32,000 nt of DNA, from NCBI GenBank assembly GCA_025839675.1, contig CP104013.1, positions 630,001 through 662,000 of the forward strand, in the 5' to 3' direction. Made by a program: the position numbers and the translations under genes. Of the stretch, positions 16,669 to 24,360 are shown piece after piece (position 1 is the stretch's first letter; the number at the start of each line of letters is the position of its first letter). The stretch is from Candidatus Lokiarchaeum ossiferum (GTDB lineage: Archaea > Asgardarchaeota > Lokiarchaeia > Sigyniarchaeales > Promethearchaeaceae). Below the pieces are notes generated by a model that had not been told where the DNA came from, ran no database searches, and was given only the letters and a program-made list of their open reading frames with translations.

Positions 16669-18120
16669 TTAAGTTCGTCTCTTTCTAACTAAAATAATAC
16701 TTACGGTTAGACTCAAAGCAACAACTAAAAAGCCTATAGAATAACCCGGAATACCATTTCCAGGAATTTCTATTTTACCACTGATTATTTCAGTAATTGC
16801 AGATTCCATCTTTCCTAGACCTTCATTAACTGATTTTACACCACCTAATATATCATTAAAATAATCCGCAATTTCTACTGAAAAAGTAGCATATTTAGGA
16901 TGTACAGGTCGAGCAAGTGTACGTTCAGCAGCGGATTCGAATTCTGCTACCCACTCATATCCAGCAGGTAAGTTATCAAAAGCAGATTTCAATGCAGGAA
17001 AATTAGAGCATTCAGTCAATTCGGCAAGTTGAGCAACTTCATCGCCTAAGAATCGTATTAAATTCATAGCTTCAGTTTTTTGAGTTCCACTCGTTGGAAT
17101 GGCTAAAACAGCACCACCCACTACAGCCGATTTTTCAGAATCTCCACCTGTTTTAGTTGGCATTGCAGTTACGCCAAACTGGACATAATTACCAGAACCA
17201 TCTGTAGCATTAAGTCCTGCTTCAGCTTTTGAATTTCCATAAGCAAATGGCCATTGTCGCATAAAAATAGCTTCTCCAGCCGTCCATTTTCCAACAGAAG
17301 AACCTTCATCATGAGTTAACCCTTCTCGAGGAACAATGTAATCTGTACCTTGAACACCAGTATATCTAGGAGCGATCAAACCATTCAAAAATGTCATGGC
17401 AGATTGAACATCTGTGTTATTCAAATCAACTTCTCCATCTGAATCAAATATACTTGTTTGACCAGCACTCCCCATCCATTCAATGAAATTACAAACCCCA
17501 CCTTCATATGCATCAAATTGTCCGACGAAGCCAACTAAATCGGGATCTAAGGCTTGTTCTGTTGCGTTTGCAAGAATTGTATTTGCTGCGGCTTTGAATT
17601 CATCCCAAGTATCGAAATCATCTACAGAATCGTATCCATTTCTAGCTAAAATATCTGCTCGATAGAAAAGTACACCTAAATTCAAGAAGTATGGATATGC
17701 ATATGCCTTGCCATTATACATGCTAGAATCGACCATCCCGCTAAAATAATCATCAAATTCCCCTGATTCAAGAGTAAGCTCATCAATCCACCCATTTTCA
17801 GCAAATTGAGCTGTCCAAACCGTATCAAGCCCAACAACATCGAATTCAGAACTCCCTGCAGCCATCTGAGTCGTAAGATAAACAAGCTGATCGTCAGCAC
17901 GGGTTCCAGAAGAAATAACTTCGACTGCATCCACGCCGGTTCCAAGTGTATCAGCCAAAAATTCATCAATAACAGCTTCCACTCCTGGTGCTTGTTGGTC
18001 TGTTACTATGATTTTTAAAGTTACACCTTGAGCTTTAACAGGCTGAATTATTCCCAAGCCGAGAGTAAAAACCATCATACCTAAAAGAGTAATAGATACA
18101 AATCCATTTTTTGTTTTCAT
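16669..18120 (-). CDS. extracellular sugar-binding protein (ABC family-1 SBP) with N-terminal signal/anchor and C-terminal PGF-CTERM-like anchor
   Basis: The ATG at 18120 gives MKTKNGFVSITLLGMMVFTLGLGIIQPVKAQG, which is signal-like; the track start at 18177 adds 19 aa. The body is SBP-like (..YAYPYFLNLGVLFYRADIL.., ..GGAVLAIP..). The C-terminus is PGYSIGFLVVALSLTVSIILVRKRRT. Confidence 0.85.
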   Translation of the reverse strand: MKTKNGFVSITLLGMMVFTLGLGIIQPVKAQGVTLKIIVTDQQAPGVEAVIDEFLADTLGTGVDAVEVISSGTRADDQLVYLTTQMAAGSSEFDVVGLDTVWTAQFAENGWIDELTLESGEFDDYFSGMVDSSMYNGKAYAYPYFLNLGVLFYRADILARNGYDSVDDFDTWDEFKAAANTILANATEQALDPDLVGFVGQFDAYEGGVCNFIEWMGSAGQTSIFDSDGEVDLNNTDVQSAMTFLNGLIAPRYTGVQGTDYIVPREGLTHDEGSSVGKWTAGEAIFMRQWPFAYGNSKAEAGLNATDGSGNYVQFGVTAMPTKTGGDSEKSAVVGGAVLAIPTSGTQKTEAMNLIRFLGDEVAQLAELTECSNFPALKSAFDNLPAGYEWVAEFESAAERTLARPVHPKYATFSVEIADYFNDILGGVKSVNEGLGKMESAITEIISGKIEIPGNGIPGYSIGFLVVALSLTVSIILVRKRRT

Positions 18121-18533
18121 TTTATCACTACCTACATTTTTGTACCAATTACAAATTTCTTGTCGTATTTTATACATACATCATTATTACTACATATCTG
18201 AAAGTTTTGACAAGCAAAATTTATACTGGCAATAATATTCTATCAGATTAGTATATAAACATTCGTATTTGGCTGCCACAGAATTGTACTGGAAATACTA
18301 ATACTGTAATGGGTTAAGGTGGACACATATGTTTTTTATTTCAAAATATGATAGATTTTTATTAAAAATATGTCTCAATAAATGGATAAAAACTTCTCAA
18401 AATAAGAAAAACTGTAAGAAATTTAACATCAGATTTTTTTCTGAAGATCAATCTCATTAATTTTTTAAAAAATCGAAAAGCATTAATAAAAATAATTCAA
18501 GAATTAAAAAAAAAAAAAATATGTTATTCAGAA

Positions 18534-19313
18534 TTATCCATGTTTCATTCTATCCTTGATTGACTTCACAATCTCTTTGATATTATTATGAACGACATCT
18601 AACATATTACGCCATTCACGTCTTTGATCATCTGTTGCACCTGACCATATTCGAGGTAATACAAAAATTTTTGTCGGTATCAGAGAGCGTAAAGGTAGAT
18701 TGTTATAGACTTCCTCTCCATAGGCCAAAATAAGATCTGGTTTTAAAAAATCAATTTCGCGTTTCAAGTGTTGGTGATAACATTGTTTAACTAAGAAATC
18801 TTTCGCCTTTGATTTTTTTAAGTAAGTAAAATTTCTAATAGTTTGACATTTCACTAGGTTAGTATAATTAACATAGTCAAATACTTGATATCGTTCAATA
18901 GAAAGTACTTTGGAAATTGCTTCAAGAAGATCACGATGAAAGGATAATTTTCTCCGATTTTCATCATAATCTATTGCATTTCTAAACATCGATCCGGCAA
19001 TATCGAGATGTTTCCTAACAAATTCTTTGCTTTCTTCTATTGTAATCCTATCATTGGATCTATGAATCTTACTATATTCCTTTGTTTCTTCTTCAGTAAG
19101 TTTTCCAGGGTTGGTAGCAATAATTAGAAATTTTTTTGGTAGTGATGTTTTCCAATAAAATGACCTCGGAATAAAACATTTATTTCCATTTGGATCATTT
19201 ACAGCGCCATGTTCATTACATTCATCACTACAACATCTAATGATTTCAGAATATAAATCTAACATCTTTGATTCAACTTGAAAAGAATTTGAAGTTACCA
19301 AAATATATTTCAC
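18534..19313 (-). CDS. uracil-DNA-glycosylase-superfamily-like protein (tentative)
   Basis: The motif order resembles the UDG superfamily. FLIIATNPGKLTEEE compares with the G-I/M-NPG motif A of MUG/SMUG families. YTNLVKCQT compares with N-x-V-K-C. The block QCYHQHLKREIDFLKPDLILAYGEEVYNNL is also present. An N-terminal Cys cluster is CCSDECNEHG...NKC. Confidence 0.5.
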   Translation of the reverse strand: MKYILVTSNSFQVESKMLDLYSEIIRCCSDECNEHGAVNDPNGNKCFIPRSFYWKTSLPKKFLIIATNPGKLTEEETKEYSKIHRSNDRITIEESKEFVRKHLDIAGSMFRNAIDYDENRRKLSFHRDLLEAISKVLSIERYQVFDYVNYTNLVKCQTIRNFTYLKKSKAKDFLVKQCYHQHLKREIDFLKPDLILAYGEEVYNNLPLRSLIPTKIFVLPRIWSGATDDQRREWRNMLDVVHNNIKEIVKSIKDRMKHG

Positions 19314-19370
19314 CGTAATTAAAGTAATATAGTAATTTGTTTATCTAATAAAAAACCTATTTTTCAAAAT

Positions 19371-19455
19371 TAAAAAAATGTGAGTTTTTTGTCAAGTTTA
19401 TAAAAAAATGTGAGTTTTTTGTCAAGTTTATAAAAAAATGTGAGTTTTTTGTCAA
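19371..19455. repeat. 30-bp tandem direct repeat, about 2.8 copies (TAAAAAAATGTGAGTTTTTTGTCAAGTTTA)
   Basis: Copies at 19371-19400 and 19401-19430 are identical. The third copy (19431-) matches through 19455 and then diverges. Each unit junction creates the self-complementary TATA-like TTTATAAA. Confidence 0.95.
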
Positions 19456-19897
19456 ACTAAATCTTTTCTTAAGAAATATCGAAAAATGAAACACATACAA
19501 TATTCCATGGCAATATTTGAAATTCTGAAGTTGCACCACAATCTATCTCCTCCATATACTGGACCAAACAATCCTTAAACTCCTGTACAAAGAGTAGGAA
19601 TTAAGACAAAAATCAATAATTGTTTGGATCGATTATGGGGAGCCATTTCATGAAGTTGGCATAGAACATTTTGACTAAAAATCGTTTATTTCTCAAGATT
19701 ACAGACCACTTTCTTAGATAATGTACAATATTGGGGTGAAATATATTTGATATTAAAAATAGATACCCTATTTGGTTCAAAGCATAAAAGAAAAAGGAAT
19801 AAATTAAAAAAAAGTGTTATGATTCAGATCCGTTTTTTTCATAAATTTTTTTTATATACTTCGATAACTTCTAAAGAAAAATCAACTAACTTCAATT

Positions 19898-21118
19898 ATG
19901 AAGAAAGTTCCAATCTTTGTAAAATGGCCAATATGGGATGAGGAGGATATTGAACTTGTCTCAGAAGTCATTAAATCCGGAAATTGGTGGTGTGGTGCGC
20001 CCAATGCCCATGAAGGAGAAAATGTTTGGAAATTTCAGACAGAATTTGCTCAATTTCACCAAGTAAAACATGCTTTTGCTTGTACAAATGGAACCCATGC
20101 AATTGAAATATGTTTGATGGCTTTAGGAATTGGTCGAGGGGATGAAGTGATTGTGTCGGATTGGACATTTGTGGCGAGCGCATCAGCAATTGTATCTGTT
20201 GGAGCAGTCCCAATTTTTTGTGATGTAAATTCTGACACATTTTTAATAGAACCCACGAAAATCGAAGATTTAATCACACCCCGAACAAAAGCCATTGTTT
20301 GTGTCCATTTGGGGGGAATGCCTTGTGATATGGAAGCTCTTTTAAAAATAGCGAAAACTCATGATTTAAAGATTATTGAAGATTGCGCGCATGCCCATGG
20401 AAGTTCTCTACAAAATAAAATGGTAGGGACTTGGGGAGATTGTGGAACCTTCTCGTTCCAAGCATCAAAAGTCATAAATGCGGGAGAAGGTGGTGCTATT
20501 ATTTGCAATGATGATGAACTTGCTTTGAAAATCTACCAAGTTTTGGATAGTGGGAGATTGCCTGGGAGATGGTTTTATGATCATTTTGCTTACGGTTCTG
20601 ATTTTCGCTTAGGAGAAATGAATGCCGCATTATTACGCACACAATTGAAAAAATATCCCGCTCAATTTCGCCTCCGAAATAAAAATGCTCAATATTTAAA
20701 TATTAAGCTTAAAGAAATACCCGGGATTTCACCCCAAAAACGGAAAAAAGCAGTCACAGGATGTGCTAATTATGTCTATCCGGTATTTTTCGATCCAGAT
20801 CATTTTGGAGGTATTGATTATCAAGTAATATATAAAGAATTAGAAGAACGAGGAATTCCCACCGATGCTTGTTATCCACCCTTGCACAAATTAGACCTCT
20901 TTGAAAATATGAATCTTCTCCCAAACATCGATTATAGCCAAGCCAATTGGGGAAAAGATAACCCTCACCCGCAAAATTTTCCAGTTGTTGAAAAGCTGCA
21001 TCGGAATGCATTTCAATTAGATCACCGGGTTTTACTATCCAATCAAGAAGCATTGGATTATATAATAGAGCAAATAAAAATCATTCAAAAAAAATTCTCA
21101 AAAGATGATAAAGAATAA
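19898..21118 (+). CDS. DegT/DnrJ/EryC1/StrS-family PLP-dependent (sugar) aminotransferase
   Basis: Family pattern ...FACTNGTHAIEICLMALGIGRGDEVIVSDWTFVASA...DCAHAHGS...FSFQASKVINAGEGGAI, with the PLP-lysine in the SxxxSK context. 406 aa. Confidence 0.9.
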   Translation: MKKVPIFVKWPIWDEEDIELVSEVIKSGNWWCGAPNAHEGENVWKFQTEFAQFHQVKHAFACTNGTHAIEICLMALGIGRGDEVIVSDWTFVASASAIVSVGAVPIFCDVNSDTFLIEPTKIEDLITPRTKAIVCVHLGGMPCDMEALLKIAKTHDLKIIEDCAHAHGSSLQNKMVGTWGDCGTFSFQASKVINAGEGGAIICNDDELALKIYQVLDSGRLPGRWFYDHFAYGSDFRLGEMNAALLRTQLKKYPAQFRLRNKNAQYLNIKLKEIPGISPQKRKKAVTGCANYVYPVFFDPDHFGGIDYQVIYKELEERGIPTDACYPPLHKLDLFENMNLLPNIDYSQANWGKDNPHPQNFPVVEKLHRNAFQLDHRVLLSNQEALDYIIEQIKIIQKKFSKDDKE

Positions 21119-21126
21119 AATTCTCT

Positions 21127-21762
21127 TCATTTCTGGTATAATAAAAACGTAGTTTTTTCTTTCTTTCCATTAAACATCTTCTCATCAACATAGGATTTCA
21201 AAAAAGTAAAGCCTAATTCCTTAAGGGTCAAACGCATCCATTCCTGCGAAAAAGATGACCAGTACATGGGGGAGTCTTCAAACCATGTATCGCGCCCTTC
21301 ATCACTATAGAGCGGGAAATCAAGTAGTAGCACACCATCGTTTGTCAGTATGCGATAAATGTGAGTGAATAATTCAACATGATAAATTCGAGGGAGATGT
21401 CGTATAGAAAACATGGAAATAATCCCAGAGTAAGAATTAGAAGTAGATTTCCGGCAAAAATCCACCATTTCAGCCACTTGAAAAAAACTCTTCCATTGGG
21501 GAAATTCATGATGAGCAAGCGAAATTTGTTCTGGAGATAAATCTATGCCGAAATATTCTCTTTGAGACTCTAATATCACCTTTGCAATAGGATATCCGCT
21601 TGCACACCCAAGCTCAAGAATTCTTCCTTGATTCTTGGGATGATTCAACCATTCGATGAAGATCGGAAGTTCCGATTGAGACATATCCTTCTGATCTCGA
21701 TAGGATTTCGCTACTAAAGCATAACCCTCTTCAACGTACTTAATATCTTTATCCATAGTCAT
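21127..21762 (-). CDS. class I SAM-dependent methyltransferase
   Basis: Motif I ILELGCASGYP, followed by FGIDLS (acidic motif II) and GIISMFSIRHL...DGVLLLDF, as expected for the Rossmann-fold MTase order. Confidence 0.8.
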   Translation of the reverse strand: MTMDKDIKYVEEGYALVAKSYRDQKDMSQSELPIFIEWLNHPKNQGRILELGCASGYPIAKVILESQREYFGIDLSPEQISLAHHEFPQWKSFFQVAEMVDFCRKSTSNSYSGIISMFSIRHLPRIYHVELFTHIYRILTNDGVLLLDFPLYSDEGRDTWFEDSPMYWSSFSQEWMRLTLKELGFTFLKSYVDEKMFNGKKEKTTFLLYQK

Positions 21763-21795
21763 AAGTAATTAAGAATTTAATTAAGAGTTTTCAGA

Positions 21796-22551
21796 TTATG
21801 GTGATTTTTGTGTCTTGATAAAATCACGAAATTGCAGTAGATTCTGGGGATTATCAAATAAAATACCATCCAAACCCCAAGAATATAGTTCTTTTTGTAA
21901 TTGCAAGGGTTCAAGTTTATCTTTAAAATTCCAAGCAAATGCTTTAACCCCAAGGCTATGACATTTCTGAATAAACTCTTCATTGGTGATTAAATCGCTT
22001 TTTAATGAAAACATTGTAAAGGGGATAGGAAAAGATTTGGCTGAAGTAGAATTTAGAAGATTTTCCAAAGTAAATTCCTTGCATTTGGTGATGTTCAAGC
22101 AAATAGGGATTTTTGGTAGTAATTTATGAGCGAGAATTAATTCCGACAAATATCTACCGCTAAACACACAATGTTTCTGGAAACCATATTTCTTAATAAT
22201 TTCACAAGTTGGTCGGGCAGAATTCACTCCTTTTAACTCAATCATTAACTTAGTGATAGAATTTGAATGAGCTTGCATATAGGCAATGATTTCAGACAGA
22301 AGTGAAATATTTTGATGACCAATTTTAGTTGAATATTCTTTTAAATCTTCATACTTCGTTTCACGAATAAGAGAATCAACACCATAAATACGAGACAGAG
22401 AAGCATCATGAAATACAACAAGTTTTTGATCTTGAGTTAATTGTACATCAATTTCGATAAAATTCATACGGAGATCTAAAGATTTTTGAATTCCTAGTAA
22501 TGAATTCTCTGGAATTCCTTGACAAAACCCTCGATGGGAAATAAATATCAT
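21796..22551 (-). CDS. glycerophosphodiester phosphodiesterase (GDPD family)
   Basis: Canonical GDPD motifs are present: ISHRG near the N-terminus, ENS, IEIDVQLTQDQKLVVFHD. The ATG at 22551 (MIFISHRG) is preferred; alternatives are the ATG at 22572 and the TTG at 22635. Confidence 0.8.
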   Translation of the reverse strand: MIFISHRGFCQGIPENSLLGIQKSLDLRMNFIEIDVQLTQDQKLVVFHDASLSRIYGVDSLIRETKYEDLKEYSTKIGHQNISLLSEIIAYMQAHSNSITKLMIELKGVNSARPTCEIIKKYGFQKHCVFSGRYLSELILAHKLLPKIPICLNITKCKEFTLENLLNSTSAKSFPIPFTMFSLKSDLITNEEFIQKCHSLGVKAFAWNFKDKLEPLQLQKELYSWGLDGILFDNPQNLLQFRDFIKTQKSP

Positions 22552-22731
22552 GGATAAGAATACTCTACCCATCCTAAAAAAGGTGGGTGTGCAATCACTT
22601 TCATCTTCTGCGTTTATTCTGCTGACCGATTCCAAAGGATTAAGCAGATTTTAGTGAAATCCTCAAATTTCTTTGAGAAAGATAAGATGTGAAATATACC
22701 TTTTAAGGTTTTAATTCCAAAGTATATTATT

Positions 22732-23271
22732 ATGCCAGCCCATAAATTATTTTTATTTGGACTTGATAAAGCCGGAAAAACAACCTTATCGCATTTTATT
22801 AAAGAGGCAAAGGAAATTCAACCCCGTCCAACACTTGCGTTCAATTTGGATAAATGGATCATCAAGGATTTGGAATTTCAAATTTGGGATGCTCCAGGAC
22901 AAGTATCCCTTCGTTATGTCTGGAAAAATGGATTTAATCGGGCAAAAATATTAATGTTCGTTTTAGATTGTTCACATCCAGAACGGTTTGAAGAGGCTTT
23001 CACTGAATTTAATCAAGTTATCATGAATGCTGACACACGGGGAATCCCCTTAGTGTTCTGCTTCCATAAGTGGGATATTGACTTAGCTCAAGCAAGCTAT
23101 AATGATGCCAGAGCAGTTTTTAAACTTCCTCTTATCACTGATCGACCGGTATTTTCATATAGAACAACAGTGAAAAATTTAGAAACATCAAAAATTCCAA
23201 GTAATGAGGATATTGGTGGTTTAAAGTTAAAACTTGTAGAATTAATTCAATCAGAACGATGGGGCACCTAA
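22732..23271 (+). CDS. Arf/Sar/SRbeta-like small GTPase (divergent G3/G4)
   Basis: G1 is GLDKAGKTT (the Arf-type GLDxAGKT). G2 region is PRPTLAFN. G3 is WDAPGQ. G4 is HKWD in place of NKxD. 179 aa with no Gly2 or N-terminal amphipathic helix. Confidence 0.85.
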   Translation: MPAHKLFLFGLDKAGKTTLSHFIKEAKEIQPRPTLAFNLDKWIIKDLEFQIWDAPGQVSLRYVWKNGFNRAKILMFVLDCSHPERFEEAFTEFNQVIMNADTRGIPLVFCFHKWDIDLAQASYNDARAVFKLPLITDRPVFSYRTTVKNLETSKIPSNEDIGGLKLKLVELIQSERWGT

Positions 23272-23310
23272 TAACTAAGAATAAATAAATAACAATGGAG
23301 AATATCAATC

Positions 23311-24276
23311 ATGCAAATAATCACTACAATCTATGAAACTAAACTTATAATCGCTGATTCACTCCCTGAATCAGAAATAACAGATAAAAAGAAAGCACTT
23401 ATTACAACACTATTCAAGAAAAACCTTGATGAAGTTAAAGCGAAACGATTGCTGATTAAAGAAGAACGAAATTCACTCAATTATTTGTTTTTGTTGCCTG
23501 CTCCTCAATCTCAAGAGGAAATCATTGTAATGTTAAGTATTTTTTTGGATGAACATGAAAACACGCTAGTATTCCAACCTATCATTATGAAATATGTTGA
23601 AAAAATTATTGCTACCCCAGAAATATATTCCGGTGTTTATTTTACACAAAATAATGATAACGTTTATTATAAAGAATGCGCACATCGTCTCCACACCTTG
23701 TTGGAACACTGTCATGATGAAATTCTGAAAAAAGAAAAAAAATCTCAAGTTGGTTTGGCTAATATTATTTTCTTTGGAATTCAAGCAGTTGGGAAAACTT
23801 CTATAATTAAACACTTGATTAATGGCCAATTTATCCAAACTCGTCCAACACTCGCACCTCAAATTTTAAAACTCTATTTTGAGCAGGTTGATTTTCGAGT
23901 TTTTGATGTAGGAGGACAAAAAAATCTTCGAAAACTGTGGACAACCAAATTGCAAAGACCCCAAGCAATAATTTATGTCCTTGATTGTTCTCATGATATA
24001 GAAGCCCTCAATGATTCTGTATTTGAATTTAATCGTATAATGAAACACTATTTTATAGAACATATAGATGCTGATAAGCTAAGAAAGATCCCTGTTTTAA
24101 TTTTGGCCAATAAAAAAGACATCAATCCAGATCTTACAATAGAAAATATCATAAATGACTACAATATATCAGCGTATGATATTAATTACCGCGTGAATCT
24201 TTGCTCTGCTCTTACAGGGGATGGATTGATTGAGAGTTTTCAATGGTTGACAAAAACAATCAAAATTTCAAAATAA
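23311..24276 (+). CDS. Arf-like small GTPase with about 150-aa N-terminal longin-like extension
   Basis: The C-terminal half has G1 GIQAVGKTS, G2 TRPTLAPQ, G3 FDVGGQKNLRKLW (Arf WDVGGQ..R.LW pattern), G4 NKKD and G5 CSALTGDGL. The N-terminal half has a beta-beta-alpha-beta-beta-beta-alpha residue pattern. Confidence 0.85.
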   Translation: MQIITTIYETKLIIADSLPESEITDKKKALITTLFKKNLDEVKAKRLLIKEERNSLNYLFLLPAPQSQEEIIVMLSIFLDEHENTLVFQPIIMKYVEKIIATPEIYSGVYFTQNNDNVYYKECAHRLHTLLEHCHDEILKKEKKSQVGLANIIFFGIQAVGKTSIIKHLINGQFIQTRPTLAPQILKLYFEQVDFRVFDVGGQKNLRKLWTTKLQRPQAIIYVLDCSHDIEALNDSVFEFNRIMKHYFIEHIDADKLRKIPVLILANKKDINPDLTIENIINDYNISAYDINYRVNLCSALTGDGLIESFQWLTKTIKISK

Positions 24277-24360
24277 TTTCACATTTCTATCATTTTTTCA
24301 ATGTATCCCTTTTTACTCAATTTAAACGGTTTAAAAAAAAAAATTCCAATCTGAATTGAA

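Noticed and set aside
17483-18018. Three ORFs (60-95 aa, both strands) inside the binding-protein gene
   Set aside because: They are nested or antisense to a confidently identified SBP gene. Their peptides are low-quality and Leu/Ser-rich with no start context.
19371-19455. Possible CRISPR array
   Set aside because: The 30-bp units are directly abutting with no spacers, there are only about 2.8 copies, and no cas genes are nearby. This is a simple tandem repeat.
19357-19539. 60-aa minus-strand ORF from the track (…LTKNSHFFINLTKNSHFFINLTKNSHFFNFEK)
   Set aside because: Its periodic peptide is simply the translation of the 30-bp tandem DNA repeat. It has no start context and a low-complexity composition, so I treat it as a repeat artefact.
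19747-19941. 64-aa + strand ORF overlapping the DegT start
   Set aside because: It starts at a non-ATG codon in an A/T-rich promoter-like region, its peptide is K-rich and low complexity, and it overlaps the well-supported ATG at 19898 out of frame.
19971-21053. Three minus-strand ORFs (79-95 aa) within the DegT aminotransferase gene
   Set aside because: They are antisense to a gene with a complete PLP-aminotransferase motif set and have no independent support.
21777-21983. 68-aa minus-strand ORF overlapping the 3' end of the GDPD gene
   Set aside because: It is an alternate frame of the GDPD C-terminus and extends only a few codons beyond it. No motifs were seen.
22757-24063. ORFs 22757..22954(+), 23566..23862(-), 23866..24063(-) inside the two GTPase genes
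   Set aside because: They are nested in or antisense to genes with complete G1-G5 motif sets.
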